From Lama glama (lineage: Eukaryota), in contig CM052817.1 in assembly GCA_028534125.1 (NCBI GenBank), positions 89,282,001-89,346,000 of the forward strand: a stretch of DNA of 64,000 bases, given 5' to 3'. Positions within the stretch are counted from its first letter, which is position 1, and the number at the start of each line of letters is the position of its first letter. The translations under genes and the position numbers were made by a program. The notes beneath the pieces are model-generated. The model did no database searches, had not been told where the DNA came from, and saw only the letters and a program-made list of their open reading frames with translations. Positions 38,230 through 51,903 of this stretch are shown here, one piece after another.

Positions 38230-39480
38230 AGATGAAGGGATATTGGCAATACGCTGGCCAATGAAGGGCCTATTTTAAGAGTTGTCATGAAAGCCTAATT
38301 TAGGAGAGTAACAGTGATGAATGAAAAGATGAGATTGTGTCAGGGGACATTGGGAAAGTAAATTAAGGAGAATGTGTCAGATGGATGGGGGCATAGTTGA
38401 TAAATGAGAGTAAAAACAGCTTGAATGATGGTTCTAGAAGGACTGGAAAAAATAGACATATTTATTATAGAAATAAAGAATGCATAAGAGAGGCAGATGG
38501 GCATTGAAGATGTTGGACAGTGTTTGGGGATATTAATTTTAAGGGGCTACTAAGGTACCCAATAAAAACTTCCCATAAATACCTAGAAATGTAATTTAGT
38601 AATTGTTAAAGCTAGGGAACTAGAGATCTCCAAGGAAGGGAAGTGATTAAAAAGAAGAGTAAAGAAATGGAAAAATTCTGTATTTAGGGAAAGACAAAGG
38701 AGAAGCTAAAAGAGCATATTTAAAGACAGTAGATGTACACTTAGATAAAAATCTAGAATAAGCAAATCCATGTAATAAGAAGGCTGAGAAATCATGATTA
38801 GTCATTTGTAACCTATTCACTTATTCAGCAGAGTGCATGGAGTACATAGTGATTATGGTGGGGTAAAAAACGAGTGGGAGGTACACACCGGGGACCAGTG
38901 AGTGTAGGCTACTTTTCACTCTTCAAGAAATTTGGCAATAAAAGAAAAGACAGGCACTGGATTTAAGCTAAGTGATTTTTTCCAGTTTGATAAATGTTGT
39001 TTTATTCTTGTTTATTTATTTTTATAATGATAAATGACTCTGACTATCATTATATGATATACAAATGACCTAGAAGAAAAGGAAGTATTAAACATAAAAG
39101 ACAATGCAAGACTTTAAAAGTCTAATTGTTCTCAGAAGCAGAAAACAAAGATGAGGTCAAGAGTAAAAGTACAAACTGGGAGTTCGAGATTTGCAGATAC
39201 TAACTGCTATATATATAATAGATAAACAATAAGTTTCTTTTGTATAGCACAGGGAACTATATTCAATATCTTATAACCTACAATGAAAAAGAATATGAAA
39301 ATGAATATATGTATGTATATGTATGACTAAAACATTATGCTGTACACCAGAAATTGACACAACATTGTAAACTGACTCTAGTTCAATTTAGGAAAAAAAA
39401 AGTAAAAGTACAGTGGTAAGCTTCAGAAGGAAATGGGTTTACTAACTGGAAAGAAAAGGAAAATAATTGCTGATCATATT
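38230..39480 (-). mobile_element. L2 remnant, antisense, interrupted by a young L1 tail
   Basis: Purine-rich L2-like tract; 'gagtgtaggctacttttcactcttcaagaaatttggcaataaaag'. Confidence 0.55.
39174..39400 (+). mobile_element. Severely 5'-truncated young camelid L1 3' end
   Basis: Same 3' UTR as 10934-11150; TSD AGTAAAAGTACA at 39162-39173 and 39401-39412. Confidence 0.92.
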
Positions 39481-39929
39481 ATTAGTAGAGGATAGAGAAA
39501 TGATTAAAGAGATTATCCACCACCACCATCCCCCCATAAAAAAAAATGTACCGTAGTTCCTCCTTTTACTGCATGGGATTATTTTTAACATTTGTGGTCA
39601 TATTGTGTTTACCATTTTGGTAAATATCCATGAGTGTGTACATGTTCATATGCGGAAAGAAGATAAATGATGAAATCTCAATCCATCTAGGAAAACAAAA
39701 GAAAACATCATGTGCTTGAAGAAAGGAATAAATACACAGAGGGAAATATATGAAAATAAATAAAGATTATTATAAATGAAGCAACAGAGAGGGGTCCTAT
39801 GATCTGCATAGGCCATGACAAAAACAATCATGTACGTTGTTTTTAGTTATAGTAGATTATTATTAGTTATGATCTCTGTGCCAGTTGTAGATTATTATTA
39901 TAATCTCTGTGCCAGTCAAGCTATCAGTC

Positions 39930-40460
39930 CCTATGCAGCAGACTGTTGGCAGCTGTCAGGATAGCTTGTGGTACTTACAGAGATTCGTCTGAAATGGTTA
40001 CAATGAGCCCAAATGGAGTTGGCAAGTTTATTCCTTTCACAGACAGCAAAACCACGGTCAGTGATGTCAATTTCTCACATCCCTGGTTCTACAGCCCACA
40101 TCAAACAGAAGGAGCCAGATGATAGACAAGATGAGTGTGAAAGCTCTGTCTTGAGGGGGCCAACTCACAGTCAAGCAGTTTTACAGTCTGCAGCTGTACC
40201 CGAATGAGGGCAAGACAGAAAGTCCCAATACTGATGGAACTAAGGAGGCAGATGAGAAACTGCCTCCTAATAGACTCCTGCAAGATAGGAGGTAACCAAG
40301 AAACAGCCTTGTGACAGCCCCTATCTCACCATGTTGCAGGGAGGATGCCAGCACATTCCACCAACACTTGGTTCAGACCATGGTTGAGTCTTCCCTACAT
40401 GGCCACCATGGAGATCAGGGAGATTGCCAGATGCTATCATAGAGCCATACTGGGTGCAAT
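39930..40460 (-). mobile_element. Old ERV LTR remnant (ERVL MER73/MER74-like; family uncertain)
   Basis: Antisense polyA-like 'gtttatt' near 40026 and 'agcagttttacagtctgcagctgtacc'; resembles recalled LTR consensus. Confidence 0.45.
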
Positions 40461-41226
40461 GGACTATTCATTCTACCCATCATTCTCTTTAAAATCTTCT
40501 GAATGTTTCTTATGCCATTATCTCCAAGAAAACCTATTTCTTCACAAAGATAAAAATTACATGACTTGTTGCTTTTACTTAACAAAGACACTGATATACC
40601 TTCATTTTCTGTTGTATGATTACTTATTAAATCCCTATGGTGTGACATTTCCTATTAAAGGAATAAATGAATGTATTTTCATACCTTTGTCAATGTAAAA
40701 TAATCAAATCTCTGCATTAGTGGCTGACATCAAAGAGGTTGGACTAATTCACAAGTCATAAAATGAAAAGTCATATTAAAATAAAAAAGTAAAACTGTAA
40801 CAGTTGAAAATAAGAATAAAAAGATGTGTATGCACGATGAGCTACTAATCAAAATTACCCACTCAGAATTTCTTGCAGAGGGAAATGCAGAACAGTTTAA
40901 AATGAATGAACAGCTCAATGAGCAGGCAAATGAGAATGATTAGAAAAACACATTCTCTTACATAAAAATAGAAATGTGTAAAATAAAGTGTATGTGCATT
41001 TTATACACATTTGGTTGACTTTCTTTAATGGATTCTGGCTTTTTAGCTATTTTTTAAAGTTAGTTCTTGAAAATTAAAACTCTTAGGTTGACTTACTGAT
41101 CCTTCAATTGCCTTTTCTCATTTTCCTTCCCGCTATCAAAATAAAACAAAAATGCAAAGCTTTCTGCTTGACTCTAGATCCATCTCTGAAGGAAATTACA
41201 AGGGAAACTAGGAGAATGTGTGTACC

Positions 41227-41726
41227 NNNNNNNNNNNNNNNNNNNNNNNNNNNNNNNNNNNNNNNNNNNNNNNNNNNNNNNNNNNNNNNNNNNNNNNNNN
41301 NNNNNNNNNNNNNNNNNNNNNNNNNNNNNNNNNNNNNNNNNNNNNNNNNNNNNNNNNNNNNNNNNNNNNNNNNNNNNNNNNNNNNNNNNNNNNNNNNNNN
41401 NNNNNNNNNNNNNNNNNNNNNNNNNNNNNNNNNNNNNNNNNNNNNNNNNNNNNNNNNNNNNNNNNNNNNNNNNNNNNNNNNNNNNNNNNNNNNNNNNNNN
41501 NNNNNNNNNNNNNNNNNNNNNNNNNNNNNNNNNNNNNNNNNNNNNNNNNNNNNNNNNNNNNNNNNNNNNNNNNNNNNNNNNNNNNNNNNNNNNNNNNNNN
41601 NNNNNNNNNNNNNNNNNNNNNNNNNNNNNNNNNNNNNNNNNNNNNNNNNNNNNNNNNNNNNNNNNNNNNNNNNNNNNNNNNNNNNNNNNNNNNNNNNNNN
41701 NNNNNNNNNNNNNNNNNNNNNNNNNN
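41227..41726. other. Assembly gap (500 N)
   Basis: Run of N with a round placeholder length. Confidence 1.
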
Positions 41727-42107
41727 TTAAACACTTCTGTGAAGAATCTCTTCCAGTGCCTCTTCACTGTGTTCCTTTTGCTCACAAGCCATTTCATTCA
41801 CTTTTAGGGTCCCTAAACCTACCTACAAGGGTATTTCTGCCAGGGCCCTTTTGTTAACTAAAACAATCACTAATCTGGGCTCCTTAGTTCAGACCAATAT
41901 TAGGTGCAGGAAGTTTTAAGGCAATCCACCACCAATCAGCCTGGGGTAGTCTTTGTCCCTCTTTTTTCTGCAACACCATCCAGGCCTCCACACTGAGGAG
42001 CTTCATGTGTACCCGTTAATTCTATTAATGAGAAATGCTCGGGGAACTACAGGGAGACTGGACCTAAGCTACAAAATGATTACTTTGTGGACCTATATGT
42101 GTTAACA
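41727..42107. mobile_element. Probable LTR fragment truncated by the gap
   Basis: Ends in ...tgtgttaaca, has two CCAAT boxes and an LTR-like composition. Confidence 0.35.
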
Positions 42108-42580
42108 ATCAAGATGCAGTTGGGGAGGTGAGTAAGTTGGGTGGGAGGGTGAGAAAGGACAGAGAAGCTGTTGCTAGAAGTTGCTTTCTCCAATACTGGG
42201 ACTGAGATTAGTTTGTGTTAAAAGGAGTAAGAAAGACTAGAGTTAGAACATTATCAGCACTTGCAAAAATAGCTTAGAAACATGAAAACTTTAATATAGT
42301 ATAGTGTAAACCGGCCTGTACGGTTAAGGATTAGCAGAGAAATTGGGCCGAATGATGGATACTGCTTTTTCTAATCACTTATCTACATTTATTAATTCAT
42401 CATATTCAACGTTTAGGCAGTCTTTTGGAACTGAGGTTTCAGTAGTGATGAAAGCATTCTCTTCTCTCATTTTCAATCTTTCATGTCCATGAAGTCTGCT
42501 TAATCCTGTAATTCTGCCATTCGTTCAATAAGTTCCAATAATATCAAATAATGGCTTCTTACTTTCTAGTTGCCATATAC

Positions 42581-42966
42581 TTTTTTTTTATTGAAGTATA
42601 GTCAGTTTACAATGTTGTGTTAATTTCTGGTGTACAGCATTGTGATTCAGTTTTATATATATGTGTGTGTATGTATGTATATGTATATATACACACATAT
42701 ATATATTCCTTTTTGCATTTTTTTCATTATAGGCTCTTATAAGATATTGAATACAGTTCCCTGTGCTATACAGTAGAACCTTGGACCTTGTTGATCCTGT
42801 TTTATGATGATTTTCTTTGTAGTTCCACTTATACAAGATCTTCTGCCAAAGTTCAGTAGGTATTCTGTGAGACTTGTTCCACATATATTTTTGTAGATGT
42901 ATTTTTGATGTATTTGTGGGAGAGGATGAACTCAGTGTCCTTCTATTCTGCCATCTTGAAGCCCCC
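42581..42966 (-). mobile_element. Bipartite L1: 171 nt of 5' UTR joined to the 3' UTR and polyA, within one TSD
   Basis: Minus strand begins GGGGGCTTCAAGATGGCAGAATAGAAGGAC (L1 5' end with YY1 site), switches at 42796/42795 to the L1 3' UTR, and ends in an A tail. TSD ctagttgccatatac / ctagttgccatgttc at 42566-42580 and 42967-42981. Confidence 0.88.
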
Positions 42967-45900
42967 CTAGTTGCCATGTTCTTTTGCCTCCACTTAAAAT
43001 GTGTGCTAACACACAGACACACACAGTCATTCCCAATGTTTAATAAATGGGGTCCTCATGCATGACAGGAAAGGAGATTATTCTAATTATATTAAAAAAT
43101 AGTTATTTTCCAAATTTAATTGTTTGATGACTACCAAAGCCTACACTCTAAAAGTAAAGGATTTTTTAAAATTGTCACAGAGCAAGGCTTCGATTTAATA
43201 ACTGAAGTCTAACATTATTATATTTTAATTAAGACAAGACCTAAAGTTGTCAAATTCTGTGGGATTTTACATTTTATATGGACACAATTAAACATAAGTG
43301 GATACTTGATAAAGAGTTGTATTTGAACTGCTGCTTCTGCTTTAGCTCTTTGGGAAAATTGAGTGCCACTTAGTGAACATGGAGACAGATAAAACGGAAA
43401 GAAGCAAGGTAGGATAACATCATAAAAACTTCCCTTATAGATTATAGCAGAACATGTTCGCTGGATTTAATACATTTTATCTTTGGGCTTTTTCAAAGTC
43501 ACATGAAAAATCAAACACTAGTTCCAGTATTGTATTCTATTCTGTTAGTTTCAGAGAAGATGAGAAAGGATGTTTGAAGGACATTTTTTGCATACTTAGT
43601 GATGTAATTATAGCCTATTTAAAGAAATATCTCTGTAAATATACTACTATTGCTATTGTTGTATTATAAACAGTTATCATTGTTATTAGCTAAATTAAAA
43701 TACCAAACATGATATTCTTTCTGAAGATACTCTGAACGGAAGCACTGAATTTCAGGAAATCTCATATGTAATGTACAGAGTTTGTTTTTTCTCATGAGAA
43801 TTCTATCTCTAGTTTTCAGTCTCTCAAGGCTTGAATAATTAGTATAAATAGATAGCTTGCATATTGAGGCACTTTGGAACCAAACATTTTTTGAAGTTTT
43901 TGTTACTGGTGATAAGAGGAAAAAGTACATTTCTTCTTCTGTTTTTTAATGAGACATTTAAATTTCTTTTTTTGAGAAAGAAAGCACAGCAATGTGTGCT
44001 CATACAGGCAAAGGTATATTATTTTAGGAAACACATGAAGGAAGAAAGGTTATTTGTTGCATTTTTGTCAAAAACTTAAAAAGAATATTTATAAAAATGA
44101 AAAATTTGAAAATTGAAATTATGGAATTTATTACATTGACTATTTTTTCCAATTAAGCAGTGCATTATTTTCTAAATCTTACGGGGTTTATAAAATGGCA
44201 TGGGGAAATATGTTAAAATATTCCTATCTTGTTTATTTTCTCCTCTTCATCTTTCTTCACTAATTTTCATAGTCTCTTTCCTGTTCCATTCTATTGTTTT
44301 CTCCTCATTTTTCCTTTATTGTGTTGCATTTTAACTCCATATGAAAAAGGCATTTTAAACAACACAATAGTCACATAGAGGTCAGCCCTACTTCTTGGTG
44401 GAAAGGGAAACACTTATAAAATGATGAATCAAAATATATGTCAAGGAAACAGCCTATATTATGGACACATCATCACTCCATGACTCAACTGAAAGGAAAG
44501 AAACAGGTGTTCACCCCAACAGAGAAGAACCTCCTCATCCTTTGCAGACTCTGGGGGTGACCTCTGTGGCCCCAGTTCTTACATCCCACTATCCTGCCTT
44601 TCTCAGTGCCTGACTGGGACATCAGATAAAACCTACATGGCCAGGATCTCTCTGCCGTGGCCCTGTTGTCTGCCTCCACTCTATATTTACTGCCACAATA
44701 GGCCTCTCTTCCACTCAGCCATCTCACCTCTCTGTAGGTGGCATTAAATTGATACCACTGTGGAAAAGAAATTAATTTGGGTTGGCCATGAAGTCTAAGG
44801 TCTCTCATGTGAGGATGGTCTTGAGCCAAATTGCTATCCTTTGTTTTAATGCTTGGTTTTCTGTCATCATTAAATTCCTTTAAAAGAAAATTTGATCATG
44901 ACTAAAGGTCAGTTAAATAGGGCTAAGTATTTAAAAGTGAAGCAAATATAGGGGAATATAGAACTCAAAAAATAAATACGTATATCATTATATTTTGGTA
45001 TTTCAAGAAGCTCTTGGAATCTTACTCACTTAAAATCCATTTTAATGTGTCAGAGAAAAGAAAAGCATACAAGAAAATTTTCATTTCTACCCTCTGGCCT
45101 ATAAGAAGCAAGGAGACTGAAAGAACAAAGATAAGAGCAAAAGAAATAATCTAGGCCTAGCTATAGAGCTATGACGAATTCCTCCTAAATCACAGAAGAC
45201 AAGAAAATTTAAAAGATTGATAACTCTCAATGCAGTATAAATCATATTTTCCATCTATCAACCTGGACCTATCTATCTATATTGTTACTAGAGGAAGTAT
45301 CATTTTTTTTGACAAGCTGTTGCTCTTAGCAACAAGTCATCTTGATATTTTCTTTGATTATAACTAAAGAGCAATATCCATTCTTGTTACATGGGTGTAA
45401 AGTATAATTTAAAGCTCATTAAAAGTGTAGCAGGTGTTCACATATAAAGTGCAAAATAAAATAGGAAAGAATTTCTCTATGGCTGAGCTGTCAGTGCTGT
45501 AAAAGCCTAATTTATTTTGCATAACCTTTTAGCAAACAGACATGATTATAATAGAGAAAAGAGAAATAGAAACAATATATTCAAGAAACTAAAGGGACTT
45601 AGCCTTTTGATTTGACCTTGATTCCCAGCCTTTGAAAATATTAGTCTTTTAACAATGCAGCTTTGACATATAACACATTTTTCTTCCCAAGAGATAGAAG
45701 TTCTTCAGACATTTTCTTAGCATAAAAGCTGCTCTAAGGTAGAAAATGAGTAGGTGCATAAACTGAAGCAGAGTCAGTTTATATTCATTGCAAAGCAGGG
45801 AAGGGAATGATGTTAAAACGTCCAGTCTTTTGATGGGTTTGTTTTTCATGTGTAAAGTCCCTCCTCTGCAGAAAGGAAATTCAAACTCAAAATTCAAAAG

Positions 45901-48900
45901 TGAGTGAAAGTCTTCTGGCGAATGGAACTATTTCTCAATACCTTCCATTGTTGGCTGAAATTAGGCAAATGGTAAGAAAAAGATCCAAGTACATCAGATC
46001 TAAACACAGAACTAAAACTCAGAGTTATAACTGTTAACACAGTGACATGATTTGAGCTGTGGATTTGCATCACCCTTTCAACCAGTCACTCTAATGAAAG
46101 CTGACGATTGCTGGAGTTAAGTGGGTTTTGAATAATTCAAATTATTAATATTTTTCTCTGTTTAGGCAAAGGAAGGAAACATATTTTTTAAAAAGGCAGA
46201 GACATATAAAGCAGAAGTTGTGGTATTTGGGAAAGAATGGTGAGAAACAAGACACAACTTAATTGTAATAGAGTTTTGATACTGCTTGCTGAGATTCAAT
46301 GCTGTCGTTAAAATTAATTTTTGAAATATAAAAGGCAAATATTCATAGCAATGAAAATAAAAATCTGAAAGTAAAATTCCATATACTCTTAGTAAAACCC
46401 ACAATGGGTTGAGGAAGGATGATGAAAGTCTGCTGGCGACCTCACTGTGCCCAGTTGTGGGCACGAAGGGGAACGTCAGGGATACTGTTTATTTTCACTT
46501 CCTAGACCAGAAACTTCCATTTGAATACAATTGTTTAAATTAAAGAAGAATTAATAATGGACATTTGCTTCCTTTCTCCATTAAGGAAAATGGTGTATCA
46601 AAGAATACAAAGCAGCTGTCACGTATGTGTCTAAAAGTTTGGTGCAGAGGTCCTAAAAAAAGTATTTTGTTTGGCTAGCATAGAGGGTTTTTTAAATGAG
46701 CCAATAATTTTTCTAAAAATAAGTATTTAAATACCATTAGACAATTATATCTTGTAATTCTAGGGTTGCAGGCCAAACTCAGTTGTATACAATAATTCAT
46801 CAGAGTGGAGAAGCAATTGCCCCTTCTCCATCCAACCCAGTAGAAACGATCAGTGCCACCCCTGGCTGCCACCATGCCCTTCTAAACAATGCCTCCTGTT
46901 ACCGTCAGAGAACTTTGTGCTTTTCTTTTACTTGCTTATCCTTAGTGTATATTTGAATTTTTCACTTGTAACAGAGCACAAAGTGGTTTTATTTGTTATT
47001 AATAAAATCATAATCTGTGTCATTCATGCTTTCCCATATTTTAACCTAGAAGTTACTAAGTAGATATTTGCAGAACTGCATTGAAGCTTTTAGTCATGAC
47101 TATATGAAAGCAGTATTTCCAATACTGCCCTATCCTGGGGCATGTAGCTTTGAAATTTTTAAAGATGATATAGCTTCATATTCTATCAAGAGACTATTTA
47201 GGATCATTTGATTTCAGGAAATGTGTACTGCTGCGGCAATTCTTATATGTAATTCTAAAGGAACTTAAACTGTTTTCCCTGTTGTGGAATATATACAGCC
47301 TGTCCTTAAAAATTGCAAACCACAGAAGTAACCCTCTGAAGCAGATATTTAATAGTCTGCATTTACTAGAGGAAAATATAACATGGAGATTTCTCTTCCG
47401 AAAATTGATGCCAAGAATGCCCAATTGTGTCAAGTTAGCATTTGTGTTAGAAACCACCCTTTACTTTCTGTGGCATATAACAATACGATCATGGTGTTAC
47501 TCTTCCATGGGACCTCGGTAAATACTCCTTGCGGTTCCCTAGCAGTGCTGTTAGAGGTCTGTCTGCATTGTGAACATTCCAGTCAAGTAAAATGTGCCCT
47601 CTGAAAATAATCTGCAAAATGGCAATTTGGGTTTGGAGGGTGAGACTATACAATGTGAGAGACAAAACTCTCACAAAGGATTAATAATTCCAGTTGCTCT
47701 ATAATGATGTTATTGAGAATCAGGCCTTCAAAAATGTCAAAAATTTATTGAAAACCTTTATCATAATTGAAACGGGGATAATAGTATTTCATTATGCCAT
47801 ATTTGGGACTATAGGAATTATAATGTACTTCTCTTGAGGGCCATCTCTTTTATTTGCTTTAAGATAGAATAAAAAAAATCTTTCATCATAAGAGTACGTG
47901 TAAGTAGGCAAACTCATATAAAATATATCAATGTGTCCCCATACTATTATTACAAGTAAAGGGTCTTTTGGATTTTGTAGGGGAGGCACATTTAATTATT
48001 TACCAGTAGTAGTTTGCACTAGATGTACTCTGCTTCTGTTACCCAGTTTCTAAAAATATTTTTTCCCTTAGTCCGTAAGTAGTATATGCTCATTAAATAA
48101 ATTTTCTAAATACAAGATGATAATGTCTATATCCCTGAAGATATGGTTTAGTGGACCAGGAAATCACAGCAATATACAAATGCAAGGTTTTGTAGTAGGT
48201 AAAATGACTCCAGAATAGGAAAGTGCACACAATCTCTATTTACTCCAGCACTTAAAGATAGTATCACAGGGAAATCAAAAATAAAACAGAGGTGAATAAA
48301 AGAAGTACAAACCTCCCATTAAAAAGGAAATATAAATATTTTTACTGCTGTCAAAACGTTTATAATACAATGAAATAATGGATCAAGGTAATGACCTTCA
48401 ACAGCTAGTAACATCACTACGCAAAATTCTGATGATGAAGTTTATAATAATGAATCTATCACCTGAAACTATGATTAATCTTAATATCACAGTAAAAAAA
48501 TGTTACCAAAGGAAGATAAATATACAATAGACATGATATAATGAGAACTTAGATGCCATTGTTGTGCATGAGGAGAGGATGCCTAACCTGTGCACCTAAA
48601 GTCAATATAAGAATAAATACTTGGAGGTGGGTGAGAAAAGCAAAGGGAGAGTTGTCTTCTTCTTAGGTCGTAGCTCAGGGCTCTGCAAGCCTCATTAGGA
48701 AGCCCTGTGTCTAATACGGAACATGAAACATGGATGAGCAAAGGCAGAAAGATACTTGTAATTTGATGGGCTAAAGTCCATCAGTCTTACGAGACTCAAT
48801 GAATGCACTAGAATGTTGCAAGGGAAATATGCCAAGACTTCTTGAGCTGGGCGCCTTGTTGGGTCAAGGGGAGCGGGGAAGGGAGTTGCCTGCAAGTGTT

Positions 48901-49754
48901 TAGAGAGCCTAGGAATCAATTGAAACCACTAACCCCCTCCCTGCACCAAGCTTTGGACAATGAAAGTTCAATTTCCACTTAAACAAATAGATTGTTTAAA
49001 TTAATCATTGATTTCTTGAACAGATAAGCTACTATTACTTTTTGGCCAATGTTTGCATGTTTGCTTCATTCATTTCAGAGGGAAAAAAGTTTGTGTAAGG
49101 GAGGAAATCTTTTACTTAAAGTTATTAAGTAATTCTAAGAATATTAAAAGAAAAAAAAAATCCACAAGTGTATTAGCTGAAATTTAACAGTATATCAAAA
49201 AAGAAGCCAACTCACAGACTTCTGGTATGTGTTTTTGCAGCTATATTTTCGGCTCTCTTTGCTTCTTAAATCTTTATCTCCAACTCCTGGCCCACTTTCT
49301 TCCATTTTAATTTCCAATTCATCCTCTAAACTATGACTCACTTCTCCCTTATCTCCAAATCTGAACTTTTCCCCATAATTCCCTTTTGATTAAAGTTCTT
49401 GCCTCTAAATTAGTTTCTTTGGTGCTTGCTACAGCCTAAAGAAGTCCTCCGTATCATTCACCCTCAAGATAGAGAATCTTAAGTGGAAATCGGGATTTTT
49501 CTTTTTTTCCTCCCTTATGAGAAAGCTGTCACCCTAAAAGAAGACTCAAGGTATAGTTCTTCTGCTGACTTCTTGCAGAGTTGCCCTTAATTCTTCATTC
49601 AGCACTCTGGATTTCCCACTCTCAACTACACACTTTAAAAACAGAAAGTTCCTACTCTGGAGATGACCCACACTTTTCTCTATATCTAGTATATGCATGG
49701 AGTCATTGCTGGTCACTCATCTCCTACCCCATGGAGTTTCTGATATAACAGCAC

Positions 49755-49990
49755 TACTAATTTGACAATGGTAATAATATACTGCATGTGGAACACTGTG
49801 CAGAGAAATCCATACCTAATTTATCCTTTCAGCAATCTTGTGAGCTAGGCTCTATGATTAACTCAATTTTATAGATGAGGAAACTGGAACTTAGTGTGGT
49901 TTAATGGATTGCTCAGGACTGCACAGAAAATCAGTAGGGTCCTCAGGATTTGACCCCAGGCCAACCTGGCTCTAATCTCCCATGTCTGTC
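49755..49990 (-). mobile_element. MIR SINE
   Basis: 'attttatagatgaggaaactggaacttagtgtggtttaatggattgctcagg...ggatttgaccccaggc'. Confidence 0.85.
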
Positions 49991-51199
49991 GGTTCCGCTA
50001 CTTCCCCCCACACTCCTTATACAGGCTACCTAAGACTGATTGCTTATTCTAAACATAGCAAATAGAGTTTTGTGTCCTGAAAGCTAATTATCCTGAAAAC
50101 GCTATATGTAAACCTAGATCTGGAAACTTACACCTAGAGTCCATATTCCATTTATCTCTTAGAGTGACATCTGGACTTGGCTTGCCCTACATGCTCTGCC
50201 ACATTCTTATTTTTATAGCCTGGTTCATACTCTCAATGAGAAGCTGTCATACTGATACCCGAAGCAAATAGATTAGGGCCCCAGTTTATCAATGGAAATC
50301 CCCAGATTAAGAGTAAGTTTATTCTGCTTTGTCTACAACCAGCTGAGAAAAGTGAACTTCAGCATCAATGTTTGTAGTTAAATATTCTGTTCATCCTGTT
50401 TTCTACCAATCTGTAACATAAATAACACTATTGCTCTCTGCTAAGCCTTTCAACCATCTTTACTAAATAACTTTCATGGTATATCCTTGGAAAGTAACTA
50501 TTTGAACACCACATAAGCCAGACAAAGCATTCTTCTAACTTTGGATCCTTTCTTAAGCACAATGAAATGAATAATTGTGCAGTCTAACTGACACTATGCC
50601 TGTACCAGCCTCATTTCCTCAGATTCTACTCCCCACAAAAATACTTGAAATGGAAAAAAATAAAATCACAACAGTAAAAAATGAGAGAATAAGAAAAAAA
50701 TCACTAAACATAATTTTAACATTACCATATGAATAGCTTTACATCAAATGTTTATTTTTAACATATTTCCATAAGTGTTTCCCATGTTACGGCCCACTCT
50801 TAGGAAATATTTTAATGAATGCATGATTTTCCACCAAGAATAAATACTCCAGTTTACTCAACTCTTTCCTTAATGCTTAGTATTTAGGTTGTTATTACTT
50901 TTTGCTTGTATTGCTATATATTTATGCAATGAATAGCTTTTATTTACAAAGCCATTTCTATGTTTAGAATCAGATCTCCAATTCAAAAATAACTAGGTCA
51001 GTTGACACAAACATTTCACAGACATCACGTACTTAAAGATTCTTATGCTAAGGATGTTATTTTTCCCTAGTTACAAAAATAGATATTTTATTCTGCCACT
51101 CAAAACGAGTTAGAAGTACAGAAATGGTTACTCGAAGTCCTTGGCAATAAAACAGTGATTAAAAGGTTGCATGCACATTTCTGTGAGACAACACTTCCA

Positions 51200-51710
51200 A
51201 AGACTTGTTGAGCACTTCAGATTCCGAGGAAAAAATGAGTTCACATTCCTCATCCACATTTACTTTCATATTTACTTGTCTAAGTAAATATGTCCTTACT
51301 GTCCTGAATTGTTTCTAATATCTGAAATGTGAATAATAATGGTTCTATTCCATAGTTGTGCTTTCAGTTGTAAATGGTATAATGATTTAAAGAGCACAAC
51401 AAAATGTTGGGTAGGTCAAGAGTGCTCATTAAATGTAAGCGATTTCTAGCTTAGCAGAGCCCCGCGGCATAATCTTAGAGGAGAATGTGCTCCGGAGATA
51501 AGAAGCCGAGTTTGATTCCTGATATACTCTGTACCAGCTGTGTGACCTCCAGCCCGTTATTTGAACTCTCTGTAACTCTTATTTCTTCAAATGGAAAAAC
51601 TGGAATAACCATCCCATTTATATCTAAGGGTTATTGTCTATATTATGTGAGATCATAAATGTCTACAATAAAGTCTGGCTTATAGTAAACATTGAATAAA
51701 TATTTATTAG
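51200..51710 (+). mobile_element. Two adjacent MIR fragments
   Basis: 'atctgaaatgtgaataataat...gtgctcattaaatgtaagc' and 'accagctgtgtgacctccagcccgttatttgaactctctg'. Confidence 0.7.
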
Positions 51711-51903
51711 GAATTACCAGTAGCATAACATAATTTTCTACTCATTTTTAAATAAGTGGCTCTCTTCATAGACAGAAAATTGATTGGTTAGCAGTAGTTA
51801 CAAAAAAACACAACTCTTTAAATTAATTTTAAAGGATTACTTCCTTTTCACTACAAACTACGCAGGCTAACTGCTACTGTAAGTCCCTCCTGCTGTATAT
51901 GAA

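Noticed and set aside
41108..41857. Long ORFs of 170-249 aa
   Set aside because: Artefacts of translating through the 500-N gap.
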